A DNA stretch of 64,000 nt from Anaerolineales bacterium (GTDB lineage: Bacteria > Chloroflexota > Anaerolineae > Anaerolineales > DRMV01): positions 846 through 64,845 of the forward strand of contig JALUDX010000195.1 in NCBI GenBank assembly GCA_027053355.1, written 5' to 3'. Position numbers and translations under genes: made by a program. Positions 42,966-50,909 of this stretch are shown in pieces. The notes beneath the pieces were generated by a model. It did not search any database. It saw nothing but the letters and a program-made list of their open reading frames with translations, and was not told the DNA's origin. Position 1 is the first letter of the stretch. Each line of letters opens with the position of its first letter.

Positions 42966-43877
42966 TTATGGTTTGGGTGTCGGCGTAGGCGTGGGGGTAG
43001 CTGTCTCGCCGGCCGCGGGGATCGCGGTTTCCGAGGCCGAAGACGACGGCTCGGTAGCCGAAGGCGTGGCTGTGGCCGCGGCCTGGGGAAGCAATTCGAC
43101 CAGCAGTTGCCAAGCGGCCTCCACGTCTTGCACGCTGACCTGGGGCTTGTCGGGCAGGGCGTCGTGCGCTAAGGCGATTTGCCGCGCAGCCTGGCCCAAG
43201 GTCTCTTGATGTTCGTCCGTGTGGGCTTGCAACCAGGCCACCGCGGCGGCTGCGCGCTGCAGTTCACTCGCGGCCAGGCCGTAATTCTCCTGGCTGAGGA
43301 GCAGGCGGGCGCGGGTCAACGACTCCAGGGTCTGCAACACGCCCACCTGCAACTGCATGGCTTGCAGGCGGGTTTCCCATTGCGCCCACGCGCTTTGCAA
43401 CGCCTCGGCCGTGGCCTGCACGCTTTGCGCCGCGTCTTCTTGTTTGTCGAGGCGCGCTTCCAGGCTCTGGATCTGGCTGTCGAGCGCCTTGGCTTGCGTC
43501 TCCAAAGCGTCCAGGCGGGTGGCGATCTGCGCTTCGTTGCCCTGCAGGTCTTCCATTTGTTGGCTGAGCGCCTGCTGGTTGGCCTGCAGGTCGGCCAGAT
43601 CTTGCTGGAGCACGCCCAACCGCTGGTTGACCTGTTGGGCGCGATCCACGGTTTGTTGCTGCAACGTGTCGACCTGGGCCTGCAAATCTTCCAACGGCTG
43701 CACGTAGTGCCGATAAAAGTAAGGCACCGCCAGGTAAATCGCGCCGGCGATCAAGCCTAACACCAGCAGAACGAGCACCAGGCGCACAATAAAGCGCCAA
43801 AACGCCTTGAAAGCCCGCCCTAAGCGCTCGCCAAAGGAGGGGCGCGGCGCGTCAGGCGTCTGTTTTTCGTCGGTCAT
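42966..43877 (-). CDS. membrane-anchored Gln-rich coiled-coil protein with TPTPTP tail
   Basis: 303 aa with an N-terminal TM (LVLVLLVLGLIAGAIYLAV) and a long heptad-like Q/L/A region. The C-terminus ends TATPTPTPTPKP. Confidence 0.6.
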   Translation of the reverse strand: MTDEKQTPDAPRPSFGERLGRAFKAFWRFIVRLVLVLLVLGLIAGAIYLAVPYFYRHYVQPLEDLQAQVDTLQQQTVDRAQQVNQRLGVLQQDLADLQANQQALSQQMEDLQGNEAQIATRLDALETQAKALDSQIQSLEARLDKQEDAAQSVQATAEALQSAWAQWETRLQAMQLQVGVLQTLESLTRARLLLSQENYGLAASELQRAAAAVAWLQAHTDEHQETLGQAARQIALAHDALPDKPQVSVQDVEAAWQLLVELLPQAAATATPSATEPSSSASETAIPAAGETATPTPTPTPKP

Positions 43878-43965
43878 GGTTCACCTCTCCTATAACCTCA
43901 AGAACCCGAAGGGGCTATAAATTACTCACCGTAATTGTTGGGAGCCCCTACGGGATGGTTGGTCG

Positions 43966-43988
43966 AAAAAGGCATTTCGTGCCTTTTC
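43966..43988 (-). terminator. hairpin terminator (A/T-flanked, potentially bidirectional)
   Basis: AAAAGGCA-TTTCG-TGCCTTTT, 13 nt downstream of the stop at 44001. Confidence 0.5.
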
Positions 43989-44000
43989 TAAGCACCCTCA

Positions 44001-45074
44001 TCAAGGGGTGGGGGTAGGCGTCGGGGTGGAAGTGGGCGTCGCCGTAGGCAGCGCGCTGGTGGCCGAGGGCGTGGCCGTGGGCAGCAGACCGTTGAGCAGG
44101 TCTTGCAAGCCGGTCAAAAAGGTCTGGAACCGGGCGGTCTGCTGCGCCAACGCGTTCAGGTTGGCGTCGAGGTCTGCCAATTGCTGGGCCATGTCTTGTT
44201 GCTCGTCGGCCAAGGTTTGCTGCTGGTCGGCGAGTTGCTGCACCTGGCTGGCGACGCCCTTCAGGTCGGAAATCTGGCGCTGCAGCGCGTCGGTGGTCAT
44301 TTCTAAGCGGTTGAGCCGCTCTTGCATGGCCAGCACCTGCCGTTCGGTGCCCTGATAGCGGGCCTCCCCCGCGTAGTGCAAGGTGCCGTTGAGGGCGTGC
44401 AGCACGCCCAGGCTCAAGACAAAAGCGAGGAGGAAGCCCAACAGCCCGGTGGTCAGCGCCAGGAGCCAAGCCTCGCGGCGGGTGACGTAGTGGGGCTGCG
44501 ACGCCGCGGGGGAGCCCGCCGCCGCGGCCGCGGGCGCGGCCTCTTCCACCGCCGCGGCTTCGGGGGCGGGCGTTTCTTCGGCTGCGGGTGCGGCCTCTTC
44601 CGCCGCCGCGGCTTCGGGGGCAGGCGCTTCTTCGGCTGCGGGTGCTGCTTCTTCCACTGCCGCGGCTTCGGGGGCAGGCGCTTCTTCGGCCGCGGGCGCG
44701 GCCTCTTCCGCCGCCGCGGCTTCGGGGGCGGGCGTTTCTTCGGCCGCGGGCGCAGCCTCTTCCACTGCCGCGGCTTCGGGGGCAGGCGCTTCTTCGGCCG
44801 CGGGCGCGGCCTCTTCCGCCGCCGCGGCTTCGGGGGCGGGCGCTTCTTCGGCTGCGGGTGCGGCCTCTTCCGCCGCCGCGGCTTCGCCCACGGTCAGCCG
44901 CGGGGCCAGCGCCTCGACCAGGCTGGGGCGGATGCCGGGCACGCGGGTCAGGTCTTCCACCCGCTCGAAGGGACGCGCCGCAAGGATGCGCTCGGCCAGC
45001 ACTTCACCGATGCCGGGCAGCGCAACCAGTTCCTCTTTGGTCGCCTGGTTGAGGTCAATACGGTTTTCGCTCAT
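44001..45074 (-). CDS. ComEA-like helix-hairpin-helix protein with acidic tandem repeats, TM and coiled coil
   Basis: Start at MSENRIDLNQATKEELVALPGIGEVLAERI (HhH) after the RBS AGGAGGTGG. About 7 repeats of EAAAAEEAAPAAEEAPAP, a TM helix, a Q-rich coiled coil, and a C-terminal TPTSTPTPTPTP. Confidence 0.65.
   Translation of the reverse strand: MSENRIDLNQATKEELVALPGIGEVLAERILAARPFERVEDLTRVPGIRPSLVEALAPRLTVGEAAAAEEAAPAAEEAPAPEAAAAEEAAPAAEEAPAPEAAAVEEAAPAAEETPAPEAAAAEEAAPAAEEAPAPEAAAVEEAAPAAEEAPAPEAAAAEEAAPAAEETPAPEAAAVEEAAPAAAAAGSPAASQPHYVTRREAWLLALTTGLLGFLLAFVLSLGVLHALNGTLHYAGEARYQGTERQVLAMQERLNRLEMTTDALQRQISDLKGVASQVQQLADQQQTLADEQQDMAQQLADLDANLNALAQQTARFQTFLTGLQDLLNGLLPTATPSATSALPTATPTSTPTPTPTP
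44520..44888. repeat. 54-bp tandem repeat, about 6.8 copies, inside the ComEA-like gene
   Basis: Unit GCCTCTTCC(A/G)CCGCCGCGGCTTCGGGGGC(G/A)GGCG(T/C)TTCTTCGGC(T/C)GCGGG(T/C)GC(G/T) repeats head to tail. In frame, 18 aa per unit. Confidence 0.85.
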
Positions 45075-45109
45075 TGTCCACCTCCTTCGCTGGGGACGCA
45101 CTTTCGTGC

Positions 45110-46819
45110 TCAGGTCGAGAGCAAAAGTTGTCGTGCCGATTGGAGCATCTCTTCGTCCTCGCCGCCCAACATTTGGGCGAGTTCCTGCACTCGCGCTTCT
45201 CCCTCCAGCGGCTCCACCACGGTGACGGTGCGCCCCTGGCGCACCTGCTTGGCAACCCGAAAGTGATGGTCGCCATAGGCTGCCAGTTGGGGCAGATGGG
45301 TGATGACCAATACCTGATGGTGGCGGGCTAAGGCGCGCAATTTACGGCCTACCACCGCACCCAGCCGGCCGCCAATGCCCTGGTCGATTTCGTCGAAAAT
45401 CAAGGTCAGGGTGGGGTCGGCCAGCACCAAAACCCGTTTCAACGCCAACATCAGGCGGGCGCTTTCGCCGCCGGAGGCAATTTTGGCCAAGGGCTTGAAG
45501 CCTTCGCCAGGGTTGGGCGCCAGGAGGAATTCCACCTGATCTACCCCCCGGTCGTGGAAGGCCAGCCGCTGCCCGTCGGGCATGGGCAGGCCGTCGTCCG
45601 CGGGTTGCTGGCGGATTTGCACGCGGAAACGCGCCGCGGCCATGCGTAGGTCTTGCAATTCCGCTTCGATTTTTTGGGCTAAGCGGGTGGCCGCCTCTTG
45701 CCGTTGGGTGGAAAGGTGCTCGGCCTGCCGGGCCAGGTCGGCTTCCAGGGCTGTGGCTTCTTTTTCCAGCGCGGCCAGTTGTTCTTCCGCGTGGGTGAGG
45801 GTATCCAGTTCGGCCTGGGCGCGGCGGGCGTAGGCCAAAATTTCGTCGATCGTCGCACCGTATTTGCGCTTGAGGTCGTTGATGAGGGAAAGGCGCTCCT
45901 CGATTTCGTCGAGGCGTTGGGGGTCGAATTCGATGTTTTCCGCGTAGTCGCGCAACCGCCGCGCCAAGTCGGCCAGTTGGTCAGCCAGGTCGGTGGCCTC
46001 TTCGACCAGCGCGGCCTGGGAGGCGTCGATCTGGGCGATGGTTTGCAGGGCTTCGCTCACCTGGCCGAAGAGGTCGGTCAGGGCAGGGGCTTCCATGTTC
46101 CCCTCGTCGAGCAAAAACACAGCCTGCCGCGCCTGCTCAGCCAAGGTTTCGGCGTGCGCCAGCCGTTCCCGCTCCTGACGCAGGCGCTCTTCTTCCCCCG
46201 GCTGCAGGTCGGCGTTGTGAATTTCTTCGATCTGAAAAGCGAGAAAATCTGCCCGCCGGGCGGCTTCGGCCTCTTGCTGGCGGAGGGCTGCCCATTGTTT
46301 GCGCACGCTTTGCAAACGCCGGTAGGTCTGCCGGTAGGCGGCGACTTTTTCTTCCAGATGGGCGAAACGGTCGAGCAGGCGCAGGTGTTCGGGCACCCGA
46401 AAGAGGGAAAGGTGCTCGGCCTGACCGTGGATGTCGACCAGGCGTTGCCCTACGCGGCGCAGCAGGTTCAGGCTCACGGCCCGGCCGTTGATGCGGGCTA
46501 TGTGGCGCCCTTGGCGGCGGATTTCACGCCCCAAGGTCAGGTAGCGGGGGTCATCCCACAGACCTTCGGGCTCGAGCAGGGCCTGCAACGCGGGGCGCAC
46601 GGCCTCGTTGAGGCGGAAGGTGGCCTCCAGCAGGGCATGGGACGCCGCGGCGCGCACCATCACGCTTTCGGCGCGGCCGCCCAGCAGCAGGCTCACCGCG
46701 TCTACGATGATCGACTTGCCCGCGCCGGTCTCACCGGTAAACACGGTCAACCCAGGGCGCAGAGGCAGTTCCAGGCGTTCGATAATGGCAAAATTCTGGA
46801 TGCGAAGTTCTTCAATCAT
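45110..46819 (-). CDS. recN: DNA repair protein RecN
   Basis: Start at MIEELRIQNFAII. Walker A GETGAGKS, a long coiled coil, signature SGGESARLMLAL, and Walker B LIFDEID. Confidence 0.9.
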   Translation of the reverse strand: MIEELRIQNFAIIERLELPLRPGLTVFTGETGAGKSIIVDAVSLLLGGRAESVMVRAAASHALLEATFRLNEAVRPALQALLEPEGLWDDPRYLTLGREIRRQGRHIARINGRAVSLNLLRRVGQRLVDIHGQAEHLSLFRVPEHLRLLDRFAHLEEKVAAYRQTYRRLQSVRKQWAALRQQEAEAARRADFLAFQIEEIHNADLQPGEEERLRQERERLAHAETLAEQARQAVFLLDEGNMEAPALTDLFGQVSEALQTIAQIDASQAALVEEATDLADQLADLARRLRDYAENIEFDPQRLDEIEERLSLINDLKRKYGATIDEILAYARRAQAELDTLTHAEEQLAALEKEATALEADLARQAEHLSTQRQEAATRLAQKIEAELQDLRMAAARFRVQIRQQPADDGLPMPDGQRLAFHDRGVDQVEFLLAPNPGEGFKPLAKIASGGESARLMLALKRVLVLADPTLTLIFDEIDQGIGGRLGAVVGRKLRALARHHQVLVITHLPQLAAYGDHHFRVAKQVRQGRTVTVVEPLEGEARVQELAQMLGGEDEEMLQSARQLLLST

Positions 46820-46896
46820 GGCCTTTGAACCCATGGAGGGGCTTGCATTGCAGAAGCAAGCCATAACCCGCGTGGCCACCTCGGCTTCCATCATTC

Positions 46897-46905
46897 ATTC
46901 TACCG
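46897..46905 (-). promoter_or_regulatory. candidate -10 element CGGTAGAAT for recN
   Basis: The reverse complement reads CGGTAGAAT, about 75 nt upstream of the recN ATG. Divergent from the plus-strand motif at 46933. Confidence 0.3.
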
Positions 46906-46932
46906 CACTTTTCGGCCGAAATCGTGCCGGTG

Positions 46933-46941
46933 TGGTATAAT
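46933..46941 (+). promoter_or_regulatory. candidate extended -10 promoter TGGTATAAT
   Basis: Exact TGnTATAAT about 100 nt upstream of the small ORF at 47039. Confidence 0.4.
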
Positions 46942-47038
46942 GCCTTCGCGTCAGCCCGGCGAAAAGCGCAACAGCGTGTACCTTGACAGACGCCGAGGCT
47001 GCAGCGCCACAAGTCATCTCAGTTCGGAGGCATGCTCC

Positions 47039-47218
47039 ATGGCTAAGGCTCGCACCCGCCGACGCACCACCATTGGCCGCCGCCCCGCACGGGCTGCGGC
47101 AGCAGCGCCGACGTTCGACCCCGATTACACTTACATCAAACGCGATCTGCGCCGGATTGCCATTTTGGCCACCAGTTACGTGGTCATTTTGGTGGCGCTT
47201 TCCTTTGTCATCAAATAG
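47039..47218 (+). CDS. small Arg-rich, C-terminally membrane-anchored protein (hypothetical)
   Basis: 59 aa, MAKARTRRRTT...DYTYIKRDLRRIAILATSYVVILVALSFVIK. RBS GGAGG 8 nt upstream. Confidence 0.45.
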   Translation: MAKARTRRRTTIGRRPARAAAAAPTFDPDYTYIKRDLRRIAILATSYVVILVALSFVIK

Positions 47219-47224
47219 CGGCAC

Positions 47225-47391
47225 GGCTAACGCAAAGGCGCGCAACAAGCAAAGCACGCAAAGAAGTCAACGCAAGGACGCGAAAGAAGCACAGAAGCAC
47301 AGAGGATGCCGCCAAGCGGACGAAAGAAAAACGCATCTCGCCTCCCGCATCCTGTTTTCTGTGTTTCCCTCTCCGCAATCCGCACAGTTAC
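47225..47391 (+). repeat. degenerate intergenic repeat fragment ending in a family right end
   Basis: CACGCAAAG / CGCAAGGACGCGAAAG / CACAGAAGCACAGAGG words as in 4775..4830. Ends ATCCGCACAGTTAC (47378..47391). Confidence 0.45.
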
Positions 47392-47595
47392 GCCCTTTTA
47401 TCCTTTTCGTAAAGCCCGCATACCGTGGAAGGCACCGCCAGGCCAACACCCGGTGGTGCTTTTTAGCGAGCACAAAGCAACCCCGCCGCCCTGGTTGGGC
47501 AAAGCGAAAGGGCTTGTCAGGTGCAGGCGTAGGGCACCTGCACAACAGAGAGCCGGTGGTAACACAGGGAGGGTTTACCACCGGCTCCTCCTTAT

Positions 47596-48729
47596 TTAAA
47601 AAACATGCACCCCCGAAGCCTTGAACCCCAAAAACACTTGCTCGCCCGGCTGCAACACCAGGTCGTCTAAGGCGCGGGCCGTGACCGCGGCCACGAAGGG
47701 CAAGGCCGCGGCCTGAGGCGTGGGCACCGCGACGGTGACGTAAGTCAGCGCGCCGCGAGGCTCCAGCGCGATGACCTGCCCGGCAAAGGTGTTGCGCAGG
47801 CTGGAAGCCAGGGCCACCCGGGAAAGCACAATGTCTTCGGGCCGCACAGCCACATGCACAGGCCCCCGCAAGGGGGTGGGGGCGACCACGGTCAGCCCCT
47901 GCAGCCGCAATACCGCCAGGCCGTCCTCTCGGGGTTCTGCCCAGGCAGGGAAGATGTTGCGCGTGCCCACGAATTCGGCCACAAAGGGGGTGGCCGGGTG
48001 GCGGAAGACGGCTTCGGGCGTGCCGACCTGCTCGATCTGCCCCTGGCGGAGCACGGCAATGCGCTGCCCCAACGCCACGGCCTCTTCGAAATCGTGGGTC
48101 ACGTGGATCACTGTGGTGCCCAGTTGCTGGTGCAGGCGCCGAAGTTCTTGGCGCAGGTCTTCGCGGCGCTGAGGGTCGAGGGCGCTGAGGGGCTCGTCGA
48201 GCAGCAACACCCTGGGGCGTACCACCAGGGCTCGCGCCAGGGCCACGCGCTGCTGCTCGCCGCCGCTGAGATGCGCGGGGGTGCGGTGAGCCAAATGCTC
48301 GATGCGGAGCAGGCGTAGCATCTCGCGCACGGCCTCGCCCCGCGCGGCAGCCCGCCGCGCCCGCCCCCCCAGCCAGGGGAAGGCACGTTGCCAGGGGGAA
48401 CGCGCCTGCATCGCCAGCCCAAAAGCCACGTTTTCGGCCACCGTCCACTGGGGGAAGAGCGCGTCGTCCTGATAAACCACCCCGATGCCCCGCCGTTCGG
48501 GAGGCCAACGGGTAATTTCTTCCTCGTCGAGCCAAATGCGGCCGCTTTCTGGCCGGTGCAACCCCGCGATGGTCTCCAACAACACGGTCTTGCCCGCGCC
48601 GGTAGGGCCTAAAAGGACAAAATACTCGCCGCCGGCGACCTCTAGGCTCAGGCTCTGCACCTGAAACGCGCCCAACCGCAGGCGTACTTCTTCCAACCGC
48701 AGGGCGCCGGCATTAGTGGCGTGTGGCAT
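47596..48729 (-). CDS. ABC transporter ATP-binding protein with C-terminal TOBE-like domain (ModC/CysA/WtpC type)
   Basis: Walker A GPTGAGKT, signature LSGGEQQRVALARAL, Walker B LLLDEP, and a C-terminal beta-rich TOBE-like segment. Confidence 0.85.
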   Translation of the reverse strand: MPHATNAGALRLEEVRLRLGAFQVQSLSLEVAGGEYFVLLGPTGAGKTVLLETIAGLHRPESGRIWLDEEEITRWPPERRGIGVVYQDDALFPQWTVAENVAFGLAMQARSPWQRAFPWLGGRARRAAARGEAVREMLRLLRIEHLAHRTPAHLSGGEQQRVALARALVVRPRVLLLDEPLSALDPQRREDLRQELRRLHQQLGTTVIHVTHDFEEAVALGQRIAVLRQGQIEQVGTPEAVFRHPATPFVAEFVGTRNIFPAWAEPREDGLAVLRLQGLTVVAPTPLRGPVHVAVRPEDIVLSRVALASSLRNTFAGQVIALEPRGALTYVTVAVPTPQAAALPFVAAVTARALDDLVLQPGEQVFLGFKASGVHVF

Positions 48730-49489
48730 CGCGACTCACCCAACGAAGGAGAAAAAACACGAACAGCGAAATCAGAATGACCAGCGTGGCCACAGGCCGC
48801 GCATAGGCCAGGCCGTAAGATTCGAAACGCTCGAAAATGAGCACCGGCGCCACCATGGGATGATAGGCCAAGATGACCACCGCGCCAAACTCGCTCAGCC
48901 CGCGCGCCCACATCATGATCACGCCCGAAAGGATGTTCCGCCAGGCCAAGGGCAGCGCCACCTGCCAAAACGCCTCCCACGGGGTGGCGCCCAAAGTGCG
49001 GGCTACGGCCTCCAGCCGCGGATCCACGCTGCGGAAGCCGTCGCGGGCCGCGTTGACCAGAAAGGCCAGGCTGACGAAGAGCATGGCAATGACAATGCCC
49101 GGCAGGGCGGAGACAAAACGCACCCCCAGCGCGGCAAAAGCCCGCCCCACCGCGCCGCTGCGGCCAAAGACCATGAGCAAGGCAATGCCCGCGGCAGAAT
49201 GGGGCACCACCACCGGCAGGTCGATCACGGCCTCGATCAACGCCTTGCCGGGGAAGTCGGCGCGCGCCAACACGTAGGCCAAAGGCACGCCCAGTACCAA
49301 AGCGACTACGGTGGCCGCTGCCGACGCGGCAAAGGTGAGCAAAATGGCATCCCCCACCTGCGGCTCGGCCAGCGTTTGCCAGAGCAGCCGGGGGCTGCTG
49401 GCGCCCACGGTGCGCAGCAAGGGCCAGCCCACGAACCAGATCAGGGCTGCGCCCACCACAGCAAAGGGCACGTAGAGACGGTTGGACAT
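48713..49489 (-). CDS. ABC transporter permease (ModB/CysT/WtpB type)
   Basis: 258 aa with 5-6 TM helices and an EAA-like loop (EAVARTLGATPWEAFWQVALP). Overlaps the ATPase gene by 17 nt. Confidence 0.8.
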   Translation of the reverse strand: MSNRLYVPFAVVGAALIWFVGWPLLRTVGASSPRLLWQTLAEPQVGDAILLTFAASAAATVVALVLGVPLAYVLARADFPGKALIEAVIDLPVVVPHSAAGIALLMVFGRSGAVGRAFAALGVRFVSALPGIVIAMLFVSLAFLVNAARDGFRSVDPRLEAVARTLGATPWEAFWQVALPLAWRNILSGVIMMWARGLSEFGAVVILAYHPMVAPVLIFERFESYGLAYARPVATLVILISLFVFFLLRWVSRDATRH

Positions 49490-49526
49490 GCTGAAGAGTA
49501 CTCCTCGTCTTTGGTAGCCTCGACCC

Positions 49527-49666
49527 GGAGAAACCGCAGATTGCGCGGCTAAAAAGCGGAAAGCGAGGTGCGGAGGGATTGGGGGGTAGTTACTGGTTGC
49601 TTGGTTGGCTGGTTGCTTGGTTATCCGGGTCAGCCGCGGCCGATTTTCTCAAGGTTGAACAGTGGC
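49527..49666 (+). repeat. mosaic of repeat fragments (type-A end word, ..GGTAGTTAC end, type-B right half)
   Basis: GGAGAAACCGCAGATTGCGC, GGGGTAGTTAC, the TGGTTGCTTGGTTGGCTGGTTGCTTGGTT microsatellite-like module, and a degenerate right TIR GGTTGAACAGTGGC (49653..49666). Confidence 0.5.
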
Positions 49667-49804
49667 CGCGCCTCTGATTACCCGACACAAAAGCAATCGT
49701 GCCCCGGCCGTTGTTTCATTGACCGGCAGATCTCATCTCGTCATGCCAAATCTTTACAAAAGTCTTGTTTTTCACGCCCTCTCCTCTCCCCCCAAGCCGC
49801 CCCC

Positions 49805-49936
49805 CTTCGACTTCGCTCAGGGCAGCCTTCGACTTCGCTCAGGGCAGCCTTCGTCTTCGCTCAGGGCAGCCTTCGTCTTCGCTCAGGGCAGCCTTCGTCT
49901 TCGCTCAGGGCAGCCTTCGTCTTCGCTCAGGGCGGC
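49805..49936. repeat. 22-bp tandem repeat, 6 copies
   Basis: CTTCG(A/T)CTTCGCTCAGGGCAGC repeated head to tail with no spacers. The last unit ends GGCGGC. Confidence 0.9.
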
Positions 49937-49942
49937 GGCTTT

Positions 49943-49984
49943 CCCCCCTCCCCTCTCCCGCAGCAGCGGGAGAGGGGAGGGGGG
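49943..49984. repeat. perfect 19-bp-arm G/C-rich hairpin
   Basis: CCCCCCTCCCCTCTCCCGC - AGCA - GCGGGAGAGGGGAGGGGGG. Confidence 0.9.
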
Positions 49985-50075
49985 ATAAAAGGGGGGCGGG
50001 GTGAGGGTAAATGCAAAAGTTAGAAGTCTGCTCAAGTTTGTGTCGGGTAACCAGACCCCTTTCTCTGGAGCCGCC

Positions 50076-50846
50076 ATGCGCTGGATCCGTTACCGCACCC
50101 CCGAAGGCCAGCCCCGCTACGGCTGGGTGGACGGCCAACAAATCGGGCCCGTAGAAGGCACGCCCTTTGGCGAATACCGCCGCGGGGAAGCCACCCTGCC
50201 CCTGGAAAGCGTCCACCTGCTGCCGCCCGTACAGCCCTCGAAAATCATCTGCGTAGGGCGCAACTACGTGGCGCACGCGGCCGAGCATCAAGCCGAGGTG
50301 CCCCAGGTGCCGCTGATTTTCCTCAAGCCTCCCTCGGCCGTCATCGGGCCGGGGGAAACCATCCTCCTGCCACCCCAATCGCAACAGGTGGAACACGAAG
50401 CCGAACTGGCGGTGGTCATCGGCCGGCGGGGGCGGTGGATTCCGCCAGAAGAGGCGGGTGACTACATCTTGGGCTACACAGCCGCCAACGACGTCACCGC
50501 GCGCGACCTGCAGCGCCGCGATGGGCAGTGGACGCGCGGCAAAGGGTTCGACACCTTCTGCCCCCTTGGGCCGTGGATCGACACCGACTTCGACCCCGCG
50601 GACGCACTCATCACCTGCCGGGTCAACGGCGACCTGCGCCAGATGGGCAGCACGCGCGATATGGTCTTTGGGGTGCCGCAACTCATCGCCTTCATTTCGT
50701 CGGTGATGACCCTGGAGCCGGGCGATGTCATCCTCACCGGCACACCCGCGGGCGTCGGCCCCCTCCGCGCCGGCGACACCGTGGAAGTGAACATCGAGCA
50801 CCTGGGGGTGCTGACCAACCGGGTGCAAGCAGAAGCCCCACGCTAA
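50076..50846 (+). CDS. fumarylacetoacetate hydrolase (FAH) family protein
   Basis: Start at MRWIRYRTPEG. Motifs KIICVGRNY, EAELAVVIG, GYTAANDVTARD and KGFDTFCPLGPW. Confidence 0.88.
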   Translation: MRWIRYRTPEGQPRYGWVDGQQIGPVEGTPFGEYRRGEATLPLESVHLLPPVQPSKIICVGRNYVAHAAEHQAEVPQVPLIFLKPPSAVIGPGETILLPPQSQQVEHEAELAVVIGRRGRWIPPEEAGDYILGYTAANDVTARDLQRRDGQWTRGKGFDTFCPLGPWIDTDFDPADALITCRVNGDLRQMGSTRDMVFGVPQLIAFISSVMTLEPGDVILTGTPAGVGPLRAGDTVEVNIEHLGVLTNRVQAEAPR

Positions 50847-50849
50847 AAA

Positions 50850-50898
50850 ACCACAGATCACACAGATTTCGCAGAAGGAAATCTGTGCAATCTGTGGT
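50850..50898. terminator. long hairpin between convergent genes, built from repeat-family words
   Basis: ACCACAGATCACACAGATTTC - 7-nt loop - GAAATCTGTGCAATCTGTGGT, with 19/21 positions pairing. Preceded by AAAAAA. Lies between the FAH stop (50846) and the M20 stop (50910). Confidence 0.45.
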
Positions 50899-50909
50899 CG
50901 TCAGGACCC

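Larger units (their letters stand above)
49678..50040. mobile_element. 363-bp non-coding element with perfect 14-bp TIRs TTACCCGACACAAA
   Basis: TTACCCGACACAAA at 49678..49691 and its exact reverse complement at 50027..50040. Contains the 22-bp tandem array and a 19-bp hairpin. No TSD found. Confidence 0.6.

Noticed and set aside
49805-49936. The 22-bp x6 array as a possible CRISPR.
   Set aside because: Units are contiguous with no spacers, the repeat is too short, there is no leader/cas context, and it sits inside a TIR-bounded element.
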